Positions 29,286 to 40,751 of a DNA stretch of 64,000 nt are shown here, piece by piece (the first letter of the stretch is position 1; each line of letters opens with the position of its first letter). The position numbers and the translations under genes are program-made. The stretch covers positions 3,224,001 through 3,288,000 of the forward strand of contig CATNEN010000033.1 in the NCBI GenBank assembly GCA_950097015.1, written 5' to 3'. Below the pieces are notes generated by a model, which was not told the DNA's origin, searched no databases, and was given only the letters and a program-made list of their open reading frames with translations. Source of the stretch: Macrostomum hystrix. Lineage: Eukaryota; Animalia; Platyhelminthes.

Positions 29286-29590
29286 ATGACACAGCAGTAT
29301 GACCCCACACTGTCATGACACAGCAGTATGACCCCACACTGTCATGACACAGCAGTATGACCCCACACTGTCATGACACAGCAGTATGACCCCACACTGT
29401 CATGACACAGCAGTATGACCCCACACTGTCATGACACAGCAGTATGACCCCACACTGTCATGACACAGCAGTATGACCACGCACTGTCACCACGCCACAC
29501 ATTGTCATGACCTCCCATTGTCATGACCTCCCATTGTCATGACCATAAACTGTAATGACCTTTTAGTATCATGACCTCACATTGTCATGA
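29286..29590. repeat. 29-bp ATGACACAGCAGTATGACCCCACACTGTC array, about 6 copies plus a degenerate tail
   Basis: Period 29. Confidence 0.92.
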
Positions 29591-30648
29591 TCACATAATT
29601 AGAAAGTTTAACTAATCGATGCGCCCATTCGCTAAATGAGCCTTGGGTGTTACCCGCTGCACAGGTCTGGGTTGGCATCAGGTGTGAAAATTGCATGGCA
29701 ACAACGGGCTATGGTCTACTCATACTAATTTGCCAAATAGTCAGGCCTATTATACTCAAAGCTGCTTTTCTTTTGATTAGGCTCACTATTTGTACTTTTT
29801 TCCAGACAAAAGTCTGTCTGGAAAAACAGAGCTTGCTATTCACTCAGTAGGAGCGCGCGCAAATAACATGTAAATTAGAAAGTGACCCGAAATTTTGTGG
29901 CTGCATGCAAAGTAAATTTTCAAGGGAAGAAGTATATGATATATATTTATAATAGGAACGAAAGTCAATAAAGACAGTTTTGCAGGCTACAGAACGCACT
30001 TAGTCTTGCTAAAATAATTATTCTTTAATAAGTTTGAGTATGCTAGTCAATAGCATTTCTTAGAGACAAAGTGGTAAGCATACAAGAGGTAAAATTTACT
30101 CGGAAATTAGTCCTCAATAATGTGTTGGAAGAAACTATAGACAGGTAGATCGATCCAATATTATCGAAGTCTTTAAAAGTAATAAATCACAAAAATGTAG
30201 TTTAAATTGGTGCGAAATCGAATATATTCAAACAAAATATTTAAATTTCAAAATAAGAAAATCTGGTTCTCTGACAGAAGCACAAATCAGGAAAAATTTA
30301 GGCACACTTTTTAAGAAACAAAAAATTGGGCACAAAACACGAGCTCATGATCAGTAAATTTTACTCCCAATAGGATCTATGACACCTCAATCGAACGAAT
30401 AAAAGTCCAAAAAAAATATAAGAACAAAGCTGAAGTTGGTTAACGGGATAATAGCTCAATTAATGAACAACCCATGCTAGTTTGGCCCAACCAGGTAAAA
30501 CACCTGTAAATAATAACATTCAGATTCAGTTGAAGTATTGATTATAATATTTGTGGAATCAATGCGCATGCTGCATTACCTAAAGCAAACAAATTTAACA
30601 GGTTGCTATGCTCACTGAGAGTCTCATTGTCACGGACGAGCTCACAGC

Positions 30649-33600
30649 TCAAGCCTTTTCGGGCCGGATGAAACCCTTTCTGCTGCTGGATGCGTACAAC
30701 AGGTCGTCGCGCGAGATCTCGTTGAAGTCAATCACCAGGTGGCCATCGGCATTGTAGAAGCAGACTGCCGGCTTCCGCAGGTTCAGCTGCCTGGTGGCAG
30801 CCGACAGCAGCGCCTCGAGTGAGTCGCCGAAGATGCTCTTCGGTTCGCCGATCGCGCGACCATTTTCAAAGACCCGGACGCGCCGGGTGTCGAACGATGG
30901 CGGCGCCTGGACCTGCGGCTTGGAGCTGTGCAGCGGCGGCCCGAACGGGTCAACGCCGACCAGCGGGTGGCCGCGCGCCTGCACGTGGAAGTTGGTCGCG
31001 CTCGCGCCGTACTGGCGCTTGGCTCGGCCCCAGTTGGCCTTAATCTCGACGCCCTCGAACACGGAGCCGGGTGTTTGGAACGGCTCGCCGGCGGACACGC
31101 AGAGTAGCTGGTCGCGGGTCAACTTGCCGATGTCGTGAACGTCCTTGCCATCGAGGCTGAACAGGACCCTCGCCGGCTTTCGCAGGCCCAGCCGAGTAGT
31201 TGCCGTATCCAGCACCTGGTGGATGTTCTCGGCCCACACTGTCGCCGCGGTCTTTGGATCCTCACCGTTGGCAAACACACGCAGGCGCAGCATGCTGGAC
31301 TGCCGGTACAGCTGCCTGTCGAAGTCGAACGTGGCGCGGCGCGGCGGCTGCGCCTTCGCGGAGTGCTTCTCCCTAATCTTGGCCTCCTTATTTTCGAGCT
31401 CGCTGATCTCGCGTTCGATCATCACTTCCTCTCCCTTGGGCGTCTGCCAGCCCCCCTCCACGGCCACCGGGTGCTCGGGGTCGGTAGTCGGTCGAAACGT
31501 GCCCGGTTCTTGAGACTGAAGTCGGCGGCCTTGCATCATTTTTAGGATGTGCTTGTCGGCATCCTTGCTGTTTAGCACCTGGCGCAGATCGTTGCGCTGC
31601 TTGACCATCTCACGAAACTCCTTGTGCGCTGTGCGCAGTGGGACAAAGGCCTCACCAGTTGAGGCCCAGAGCTCGATGCACAAGTCGTGCAGGTCAGGTG
31701 CCGCTTCCTGCTGCGCCACTGGCGGACCTGCCGCGCCATTCTCCGTAGAGTCAGGACTGCTTTCGGCGCCTTCGTCTTTCTGCTGCTCCTGGGTGGCATC
31801 CTGCGGCTCTTGGCTGTCGTCTGCTTCCTCATCGTCGTCATTATTCACGTCGACGTCGATGGACACGGTGATGCTGATCTCCACGTGCATTGAGGCGTGG
31901 GTCCTCTCCCCTTTCGGCTTCTCAGCCGACTTCCTGTACAAAGCGTAGTCGGCCGCAATCTTGGTCGAATTGACGAATTCCTCGTGCTCCTCTCGAACAA
32001 GCGTGTCCAACGGTACGTAGCAGGTGGCCAGCACGGTCTCCTCCGGCAGCCGGACCAGGTCCAGTTTCAGCAGCGAGAACTTCTCCTTGAAGAAGCGGCG
32101 CAGGATGGGCAACTCCGATTTGAGCTGAATCTCTCGCTTCTCACCTTCGAAGGCTTCTTCATTGTTGAAAGGGTCAGTTGAGATGGGCAGGCCGAAGAGC
32201 ATGTACCTCACAACCATCTGGGTGTCTCCCGAGTTCAGGTTCGCCTGCGGCAGAATTTGGTCCAGAAAGTTGAGCGAGTACAGGCTGATGGTCAGAGTGT
32301 AGGCTGTTGGTGTTGTGAAATTTGACCCGATCACGAAGTACTGCTGTCTGAGCCGCGGCTCCAGACTGTCTCGCCTACCGGGATTTTCAGGACTGCGTGG
32401 TGAATTTCCCGGCGGCGGGTCCACCCTCGGCGTGCCCGTCTTGTCCACCTCGGCCCGGATTTCGTCCATCTCGGGCTGCAGGCGTCCCTCGTCGATCTCT
32501 TTCTGCCGCTTGCGCACTCGCTCTGCGTTTTTGGCGCACCAGTTGCGCAAGTCGGTCAAGTCGAGCACGGGGGTTCCGTCCTCCAGGTAGAGCTTCCTCA
32601 CCGCCCAGGAGATGCGCAGCTTGGCGGCGCACTGGTCCATGATGCCCTGCACGCTGGAGGCGGCAATCAGCGCGGGCTTGCACAGCCGTCCGTCGCCATT
32701 CCGATAGGCCAGAACGCGGATCGGGCGCGGAGTTTGAGCCTCGGAGAGGCGGTTCGCGATAGCTTTCACGGACAGCTTGTTGCGCTGCACCTGAATCTCT
32801 TCCTCCCATCGCTTCAGCGTGGCCTTATCCTCGCCTTCGGCCAGATCAATCCTGTCGTTGAGCACCGCGAAGGAGCCTTGCTCTTTTAGTCCAAGCTCAG
32901 CAGACTTGCCGAAAGCGCAGGCGAAGTCAGTCTTGGCGCCCGGAGTGATCTTCTGCAGCTTGAACTTTCCGCGGAGCGACTTGGCGCAGGAGACGCAAAC
33001 GGAGCAGGCTTTCACCTGCCTTTGACTCGGCGATCCTGCTTGCCTTGTCTCCAAGAAGACGGTGTAGCCCGGTTGATCGAGACGGTCGCCTTTGTCAGCG
33101 GTGACGTAATAAGTGCAGCAGCCCGACTGGTTCGCCGAGGTGATGGCGATATCCAAGGAGTTGGTGGCGAAGCAGCGAATGGTGGAGCGATCGCTTTCCA
33201 ACGCGAACAGCTGGTGAGCCCGACCAAACTGGTGCAGCTTCAGCGGCTGCGCAGTCAGCACGGATGACTCAATGTCGACAGTCTCGACTGAGAACAGTTT
33301 TACATTTGGCAGCTTTACCGTCAGCACCACGGTCGGTCTGTATTTCAGTGAAACGGAACCATTGTTATTTAGCAGCCAGCGCTGGTAAGGATTGTCTAGC
33401 GCCCGCTTCTCCAGCGTGACCTCCAGGACGCGGGCGCCCGCACTCTCAGCAGCAGTCAAAACAAGATTTGGGTTCTCCTTCGAGGCGATGAAACCGTCTT
33501 CCAGAGCGAACTGTTTCAGGCTCAGGTTTTTATTCCCTCGCCGCTTTTTGACCGGCGCTGCCGCCGGCTGCTCCGTGCTGTCCTCGGCTGATTGGTCCAA

Positions 33601-36600
33601 GTCGTTGCTCACAATCTTCTCCCATGGCCACTTCAGGCCCTGCTTTTCTATGAGCCTCTCGTCACTGCGGCGGCAGGCCCGTTCGTGGGCATTTAGTCCA
33701 AGTTCGACGTCTTCCTCATCTTCGTCGTCGGTAGAATCGAAGATAGCATCCGGCGGACTCTGCAGCTCTTTGAGCTGCTTGGAGCGTCTCTCCCGTTTGG
33801 TCAGTGCGTCCATGGACACGCCGATCTTCGAACCCGCAGACAAGCTCTCGGCTGTGATCACCAGAGCGGAGGTTCTCTTCAAGGCCACGAAGCTGCGAAT
33901 CTTGTCGACATCCTCGGCGAGCTTGACCAGCATTGAGCGCGCCTCCAGTTGCTGCTTGGAGTATTTCGGATCGGCCCAGGATTCGCCTGTGGACACATAG
34001 ATGCTCTGATCTCTCTCGAGAGTCTCCAGTGAGAAGTGCTCCATTCCCATCTCGTCGAATATTCGCCTAGCGGCAGACGACAGGCCAAGAAGGCTAGTGC
34101 AGCACTCGAGAAAGATCTTGAACTCCACTTGCCTCACAGTGATGTCGGAGCAGTGAGGCACGTGAATGAAATCGTCCGGGGCCAATGAGTCCGACTCGTC
34201 TTGGGCGCCTCTCGCTTGTCTCTTTCGCTTCTTGTTCTTCTTGGCCTGCTTGTTCTGCTTGTTCTGCTTCTTCATGTTGGTCATGTCCGGAGCCGTCACG
34301 TACACTCCGAACTTCCCGTTCCGCTCGCCGTTCTTCAGGCAGAAGAAGCGCTTGGGACTCTCCGTCTCTGGCTTGAATTCTCTGAGCGGAGGTGCGAAGG
34401 CCACCATGTGACACTCGACCGGCCATTCCATATTCTCATCCTGGATCAGCTGGCCATTCTTGTCGGTTGGCCAGAACAGGGCCAGCTTGCTCCAGTTCGG
34501 ATCCTTGTGCTTTGTGGACTTTTCGTTTTCGCTGTCTTCGCCCGCCTTTCTCCAGTTGCTGAAGTTCTCGAACTTGCTCATGCGGAAACCGAAGCGCTGG
34601 TGCTTCTCTAGCTGCTCTCTCAGCTTCGCATTCACGTCGTTGCGCGAGTCCATCTTCTCGCAGGCGGCTAGCATGTTGCGATAGCCCAGACTGGACTCGT
34701 GCAGTTCATTCTTAGGCCTGGTCTGCGGCTCATCGACCAGGCCGCCGAGGTAGGTGAGCACGAACCCAGGCTCCAGTTCAGAGTGGATGAATCCATCCTT
34801 GCTGAAGCTCCACCGCTGTGCAGCTGGCGGTCGATCTTCTTCCATGGGCGTGAACTGGACTAGTCTTCCTCTCATGTTGACACCCTGCAGATTCGTCTCA
34901 ATCTGTGCGTCCACCAAGGTGAGAGCCAGGTTGAAATTCTTCAACACTATCTGTCCGCTGTCATGAACAAGCCAAATCTGCGAAATGCCAGCTCGTGGCC
35001 ACACTGGCCACACGTGCTTGGCCTTGTCGTCTCCGTCGCCGGTGTTTGGAGCCTCCTTCGGTTGTCGCTGGGTGCCCACGACTGGCTCTACAAATAGGCA
35101 CAGGTGCTTCGTCTTGGAGTTCTGCACGAAGCAGCCGTCCTCTGGCACAGACTCCTCCGGCGGCTTTTCCTCTTCTGGCGACTGCCGTTCCTCCTCCTCG
35201 TTCCGCGGCTCGGGTTCTGGCAGAACCAGCCGCTCGATGCCGTCTGGCACACCCAGCTGAGCTCGCCACGTCGATTTCTCATCGATTTGCGGTATCTCGG
35301 AGCGAACGATTGCAAACCTGCGGTCGCCCTTCCTCCACTCGGTCACCTTGCTGATCTCCGCCTGCAGGCAGTAGGTGAACGGATCGATCCAGTCTTCGCC
35401 GTGGGAAATCCAGATGTTCTGTTCCTGCTCCAGCGTCATGACATCCGTGATCTCCGAGCCAGTCTTTTCAAACACCCGCCTCACAAGAATGCCCTTCGAC
35501 TTGCTGTTCTTGTGGGCTAGCAGAGAATTCGCAGATAGGCAGTCCAGAAAGCGCTGGAAAACGATCTGCCTGCGGTTCTTATCTTTCTTAAGGCCTCGCG
35601 AAGCCTCCTGAATGTTAAAGTAGGCCTTGACTGGGTTTGAGTCCTTGCCATTAATGAACACGATTACGCGGAGACCCGGGCTGCCCGACACCAGGGAGTG
35701 CTTCTCCGGCAGCTCGCGGATGTGCTTCATTGTGTACTTGCTTCCCTGGTCCTGCTCAGTCTGCGCATCCGGCTCGATTTGGTCTAGCAACTCTTGGTGC
35801 TTTCGAATGAAGTCATTGTACTGATGCAGCTTTTCACTTTCATTGTCCATTTCGTTACTGATTTCGTCATCCGACATTGAAAGAATTCTCTTGTCTTTCA
35901 GTTCTTTGTCCTTCGCAGCTGAGTCTCTATCAGACTGGTAGGCAAGCTTGAGCTGCTTTTTATACTCGCGGGAAATTGCTCTCTTCTGCTTCACAAAGCG
36001 AATCACGTCGCGGAGGTACTCAGCCACTCCCATCGGACTCAAATTCTCTCCCTTGCTGGCCCACACCGGGCCCAGAAGCGGAGTTCCGTGCGAGTTATTA
36101 AGCAGGGGATCAATCTCCGGAATGTCCGAGTTGGCAAGCTCTTTACAGTTTTTCTCAGCAACATCGCTTCCATCGATTCTCAGGATTCGCTTGATGTGCT
36201 GCCCGGAGTTGAACTTGAGAGTGCAGTTGTACATCAGTTCGTCGATGTTGTCGATGTTAGCGAGTATTTCGATTCCTCCGACTCCTTTCCCATTGGCAAA
36301 AATAAGAATTCTCCTGCGAACTTTCGCGTCGCTCAATCCTCGGGGTGTTGACATCGGCTTCGTGGTCTCTCTGTCCCTGTCATTTGGTAGATTAATGCCG
36401 TTTAAGGTCCAGTTCACATCAGCACCCGTGTTAAGTCTCTTTTCAAGAAGCTTAGCTGGGTCTTTGAAAGCGTCGCCCATTGACACATAGACTTCAGTTC
36501 CGCGAGAAATAGCAGCGCCTCTAAGCACTTCTTTGCCGGATCCTAAAAATAGTTTTCTGGCTGAACTTGGCAGACCGAGCTTTATTGTGCATTGCTCCAA

Positions 36601-37065
36601 CAACTTTTCAAAGTTTGGTGCTGATACTCTAGTACTGGTTGTTCTGTCACCATTCTTAAAAGCTGTGACCACATAAACTGTGGGAACTTGCAAGTATGCC
36701 GGAGTTTCTGACCTACTTCTTCCATCCCTTGATCTACGTCGTTGATTTGAGTTACGAGAACTTTTTTCATCTGTTTCACCGAAATCAGTGGTTGGGTTCT
36801 TTCTGCTTTCCTTTCCTTCGGTAAGTCCATTTCCAGACACAGAAATCTTATCTTTTTGCTGAGCGTCAGAAGACTTAGATCTTGCGCTGTTTTGAATACG
36901 ACCTGAATTACACGGCCTTAGACTTCGATGTGTCGCTAGGATGTTCGTATGCTTCAAGGGCAGTCTGTAAGGCGAAGGTTCACATTTTCGGACAATTGAT
37001 TGGCTGGTTGTCAGTTCTTTGATGTACTGCGAAAGGAGAAGATCGTCGACGGTACGGGTTCCCAT
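30649..37065 (-). CDS. DCDC1: Doublecortin domain-containing protein 1-like (multiple DCX domains, ricin B-type lectin repeats, an extra C2-like domain), 2138 aa, single ORF
   Basis: Uninterrupted ORF; first ATG at 37065 (the track starts at an upstream TTG). Repeated DCX-like motifs (FKNGD...FEKLLEQCTIKLGLPSSARKLF; AYRNGDG...QGIMDQCAAKL; FANGED...VLDTATTRLGLRKPARVLFSLDG). QxW ricin-type motifs (SQIWLVHDSGQI, AQRWSFSKDGFI, YQRWLLNNNG). Confidence 0.88.
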   Translation of the reverse strand: MGTRTVDDLLLSQYIKELTTSQSIVRKCEPSPYRLPLKHTNILATHRSLRPCNSGRIQNSARSKSSDAQQKDKISVSGNGLTEGKESRKNPTTDFGETDEKSSRNSNQRRRSRDGRSRSETPAYLQVPTVYVVTAFKNGDRTTSTRVSAPNFEKLLEQCTIKLGLPSSARKLFLGSGKEVLRGAAISRGTEVYVSMGDAFKDPAKLLEKRLNTGADVNWTLNGINLPNDRDRETTKPMSTPRGLSDAKVRRRILIFANGKGVGGIEILANIDNIDELMYNCTLKFNSGQHIKRILRIDGSDVAEKNCKELANSDIPEIDPLLNNSHGTPLLGPVWASKGENLSPMGVAEYLRDVIRFVKQKRAISREYKKQLKLAYQSDRDSAAKDKELKDKRILSMSDDEISNEMDNESEKLHQYNDFIRKHQELLDQIEPDAQTEQDQGSKYTMKHIRELPEKHSLVSGSPGLRVIVFINGKDSNPVKAYFNIQEASRGLKKDKNRRQIVFQRFLDCLSANSLLAHKNSKSKGILVRRVFEKTGSEITDVMTLEQEQNIWISHGEDWIDPFTYCLQAEISKVTEWRKGDRRFAIVRSEIPQIDEKSTWRAQLGVPDGIERLVLPEPEPRNEEEERQSPEEEKPPEESVPEDGCFVQNSKTKHLCLFVEPVVGTQRQPKEAPNTGDGDDKAKHVWPVWPRAGISQIWLVHDSGQIVLKNFNLALTLVDAQIETNLQGVNMRGRLVQFTPMEEDRPPAAQRWSFSKDGFIHSELEPGFVLTYLGGLVDEPQTRPKNELHESSLGYRNMLAACEKMDSRNDVNAKLREQLEKHQRFGFRMSKFENFSNWRKAGEDSENEKSTKHKDPNWSKLALFWPTDKNGQLIQDENMEWPVECHMVAFAPPLREFKPETESPKRFFCLKNGERNGKFGVYVTAPDMTNMKKQNKQNKQAKKNKKRKRQARGAQDESDSLAPDDFIHVPHCSDITVRQVEFKIFLECCTSLLGLSSAARRIFDEMGMEHFSLETLERDQSIYVSTGESWADPKYSKQQLEARSMLVKLAEDVDKIRSFVALKRTSALVITAESLSAGSKIGVSMDALTKRERRSKQLKELQSPPDAIFDSTDDEDEEDVELGLNAHERACRRSDERLIEKQGLKWPWEKIVSNDLDQSAEDSTEQPAAAPVKKRRGNKNLSLKQFALEDGFIASKENPNLVLTAAESAGARVLEVTLEKRALDNPYQRWLLNNNGSVSLKYRPTVVLTVKLPNVKLFSVETVDIESSVLTAQPLKLHQFGRAHQLFALESDRSTIRCFATNSLDIAITSANQSGCCTYYVTADKGDRLDQPGYTVFLETRQAGSPSQRQVKACSVCVSCAKSLRGKFKLQKITPGAKTDFACAFGKSAELGLKEQGSFAVLNDRIDLAEGEDKATLKRWEEEIQVQRNKLSVKAIANRLSEAQTPRPIRVLAYRNGDGRLCKPALIAASSVQGIMDQCAAKLRISWAVRKLYLEDGTPVLDLTDLRNWCAKNAERVRKRQKEIDEGRLQPEMDEIRAEVDKTGTPRVDPPPGNSPRSPENPGRRDSLEPRLRQQYFVIGSNFTTPTAYTLTISLYSLNFLDQILPQANLNSGDTQMVVRYMLFGLPISTDPFNNEEAFEGEKREIQLKSELPILRRFFKEKFSLLKLDLVRLPEETVLATCYVPLDTLVREEHEEFVNSTKIAADYALYRKSAEKPKGERTHASMHVEISITVSIDVDVNNDDDEEADDSQEPQDATQEQQKDEGAESSPDSTENGAAGPPVAQQEAAPDLHDLCIELWASTGEAFVPLRTAHKEFREMVKQRNDLRQVLNSKDADKHILKMMQGRRLQSQEPGTFRPTTDPEHPVAVEGGWQTPKGEEVMIEREISELENKEAKIREKHSAKAQPPRRATFDFDRQLYRQSSMLRLRVFANGEDPKTAATVWAENIHQVLDTATTRLGLRKPARVLFSLDGKDVHDIGKLTRDQLLCVSAGEPFQTPGSVFEGVEIKANWGRAKRQYGASATNFHVQARGHPLVGVDPFGPPLHSSKPQVQAPPSFDTRRVRVFENGRAIGEPKSIFGDSLEALLSAATRQLNLRKPAVCFYNADGHLVIDFNEISRDDLLYASSSRKGFIRPEKA

Positions 37066-38627
37066 TTGATTACATGTTCTTTTACAGCAAGTAACATAAG
37101 ATAGCAAGCAAGTAAGTTTGAAGAAAAAATATTCTATGTGACTTTTTCAAACTGTTTGAAGCTTCGAAACCTCATAGTTACGCAATTGAGAAGGGTTTTG
37201 GAGTATTTTTCATCATATATGTGTTTTTTTAATAGCCTTATTTAATTTTTATCAATCGAACGATATAAGATTAAGAAATGGTATCTTTCTTTGATATAAT
37301 AGGTCATCGCGGTAATTAATCAAACCGCTTTTCGCGTTACTTTATTGTCATAAACTTGTTGGCAATGTTGCAGTTTGCTTCGCGAAATTATTTTAAAGTT
37401 TGAATCCGTTTGTGTTAACGTGCATAATACGGATACAGTTCTTCTTTACAAGTAGCATAAGAAAGTTTTGTCCATTTAAAATATTTTTAACATCGTAAAA
37501 TGTATTGGCACAGTCTAAAAATTGATGTTTTTCTTTAAAGTAAAAAGTCATGATATGTCTCAAAAGCAAGTCCTCATATAAATAGAAATAGCTAGCTAAA
37601 ATTATGTGCATATGGCTTAACATGGCTCAACATACTAGGTCTATGTTAATGTTTGGTCTATTTTAAGATTAAAATTTGTCCCTCTACAGAAAAGGGACAA
37701 GCTAAGAAATGTTTAGGGAATATAATTATGAATGACTTAGCCATCTGCTTACATGGCTTTACTAGGCCATCCCTATTCTAGGAAACCACATATAGGCCTA
37801 TATTTCCCTAAACTGGCTATTAAAGACAAAGGGAAAATCAATAATCATACTAAATTATACAATAGCTATGCTATACCTAGCTAGGGTAGTATTGAGTATG
37901 TGACAATCTTGGACTCTTTGTCCTGTAGGAGTGTAGCTATTTTTAAAGCACACTTTGAAGATTTTTGAGCCCATGTAAGATAAAAAAAATCATAGGTACA
38001 AATTTGACTTTCAAAAAATTGTGATAAAAGCATCCCTACTACGTTTATAAATCTAAAAATAGTTTTTACCTATGATTGTACAAATAATTCAAATCTCTAT
38101 TTTCAGTATAAATATGTATGTTGTGCATATTGAGTCTGTTTGAGTTAATAGGAAAACATATTAAAATATTATTCCAGCTATGAAATGGGAGTCAGAATCC
38201 AATGCAATAGAAATTTTGGTTGGTCAGACCGCCTTTTTAGTCTGTGGACTGAAGAACTGTGCAACATGCACATACTTTAGATGTTCTATGCAATAGCTCT
38301 GCTACTAGCTGTAAATCTGACCCAACTGTGTGAGGTGTTTTTATACTTTTTTTTCTATTCATAAGGTTTGAAGAGTACATATCTTTATATACAGAACTTC
38401 TCATTATACTCGTATATTTAAAGCAAGAATGAAGACATTTTAAGGCAGTATCATAATTATTTATTACATATCAAGGCAGTGTTTGTTCAAAAAAATAAAG
38501 TGGAGTCACCACCTCATAATTTTCTATCCTAACTGTAATAATTATTAATTACTAATAATTGACCTGCCACAATTGGGTCAAAGTCAACAGCACAGCTGCA
38601 GCTATTGTGTGGCATGTCTGAAGGCTG

Positions 38628-38841
38628 CATGTGGCTGTTCAGTCCATGGACTGGGGAGACGCCACACTCAACCCCAGTTACCCCCAGCTAATTCTGGTAC
38701 CTGGTAAAAAATTGGGCGAACTGAAGCAATGCAGAGTTAATAGTCTTGCTAAAGGACACGAATTGTTCATGTGGAGTCGAAAATCGAACCACCGACCTTC
38801 AAATCGTAAGTCCAACGCTCAAACTACTAGGCTCCAACCCC
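38628..38841 (-). mobile_element. tRNA-derived SINE, family B (CORE/Deu/Nin-like central domain)
   Basis: On the reverse strand: B box GGTTCGATT, then GTGTCCTTTAGCAAGAC...CATTGCTTCAGTTC...GGTACC...GCTGGGGGTAA...CCCCAGTCCATGGACTGAA, shared with 57755-57945. Confidence 0.75.
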
Positions 38842-38889
38842 CTCGATTAAATGAAATTTTACAGCCAATCGCATACACATTCTGCGCCA

Positions 38890-40059
38890 ATGGATACTGA
38901 GCAACAGCAGAAGCTGCAGAATCGCGAAACCCGCGCCACCCACCTGGCTGCGGCTCTGCAGCCCTGGCGCCAGGTGCTGGTGCGGGCCGACGCCCTGCTG
39001 CACTGGGAGCGCCCGCTGGCTCTCGGCTGCCTGCTCGCCAGCCTGACGCTAATCTTCGCCCTGCTGGCCCTGACCCGCCCGCCTCCGTTGGCCTGCCTGT
39101 CAGCCTGCTGCCTGCTAGCCGTGGCCGCCGACTTCACTGTGCCCAGCCTGCTGGCCCCCCTCCTGTTTGGCGAGGCCTGGAGCGATGCCGATCAGGTGAG
39201 CTTCTTGGGATAATACTATCAGTAGGATGAAACCCGGAAGAATCTCGAGGACAAGGGATAACAAACTGTTGAAATCCCGAGGATATGGGATAATTGCCTG
39301 TTGAAATCCCGAGGATATGGGATAATAACCTGTTGAAATCCCGAGGATATGGGATAACAAACTGTTGAAATCCCGAGGATATGGGATAATTGCCTGTTGA
39401 AATCCCGAGGATATGGGATAATAACCTGTTGAAATCCCGAGGATATGGGATAATAACCTGTTGAAATCCCGAGGATATGGGATAACAAACTGTTGAAATC
39501 CCGAGGATATGGGATAATTGCCTACTGAAATCCCAATGAATATGGGATAACAACTTTATGAAGTCCCTCAGATATTCAGCTATGAAACGCTTTTGAAATC
39601 CATATTGATGACAGCGTATTGAAATTGTAAGAACTAAAATAGCCTGTTCAGTTTCCCATGTTAAATAAAGGATTCTGACGTGTATTATTAGAATCCCAAG
39701 GTCATTTGATACAAAGCCGATTGAAATCCCATGGAAACGCGTCATTCGCCAAACTCATGTCACTCCAGAGCTGCTACACCGCCGTCTGTCGCCGCCTGTC
39801 GGCCCGTCTGGACGCCTTCCAAGCCTCCTGTCGCCGAATTGTCGCCGTCAGACGCGAGCAGCCGCGCCTCTTCGCCGTCAGCGCCGGCGGCGGTCTCCTC
39901 GGCTGCGCCATCATCGGCGCCAGCGTCAGCGGCCTCCTGCTGGCCTACACGCTGGCCCTGGCCGCCCTGCTCTGGCCCGGCCTGACCCACTACGGCCTGC
40001 TGAGCAGGGCTGCCAGGGACCTGCGCCACTGCATCGGCTGCAAGCTGGGCTCGGCCTGA
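38890..40059 (+). CDS. ARL6IP1: ARL6IP1-like ER-shaping reticulon-homology protein, 198 aa
   Basis: Exons 38890-39195 and 39769-40059 (phase 0). LQPWRQVLVRADALLHWERP, ADFTVP...LFG..W and GLLLAY...LLWPGL match the ARL6IP1 family pattern and length. Confidence 0.88.
39265..39550. repeat. 32-bp CTGTTGAAATCCCGAGGATATGGGATA(ATTGC/ATAAC/ACAAA) array (ARL6IP1 intron)
   Basis: Period 32 (39266, 39298, 39330, 39362); three tail variants cycle. Confidence 0.93.
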
Positions 40060-40751
40060 CACGCTGCAGACTCGGTGTGAACTCAAACAATTCGAGTTCG
40101 AGTCGACAAACATGAGCGCACTTTTCACCTGAACTACTTTGCCGCCTATCCATGCAGCTTCCCTACCATTTTATGCCGCTTCTACTGTAGCAACATGCTC
40201 AGCTTGCCCTGCTAGCAATAGTATTAATCTCCTTCAATTTTAATGTCTTTTGAACAGCTGTTTCTAATAATTGCTTATAAATTACAATATAAATTTTCAT
40301 CTTTCGCCGCTTATATTTTGTTATACTCTTGCGTTTTTATTGTACGAGTAATAACCTTCCCTAACAGTTTATATTTTTCACAACATGTCAGTTTCTGTGC
40401 AAATATAATCGTTATTTAAAAAACACATTTTTAAAAATCGCGGTCGCTTTTTTAACTATTGCAGGCTTAAAATTGTTATCGACCTGTTTTCAGTCGGTTT
40501 TAACAAATTATATTTCTGATATATAATTTCTATATTTCTAATTTCTATATAATTTCAGATAGATAGAAACATTATTTCTAAAATGAAACCTACAATTATA
40601 ATAAATTTATTCAAGGATGCTTTCATGATTTTTACTATCAAAAGAAGACTCGTTGGCATGTCACAAAACTTAAAATATGCGAGTAATTGCAGATAGTGGG
40701 ACATATTGGCAGTTTTATAGATAGATGTAGATCTCTAGATCTAGTCTTTAG

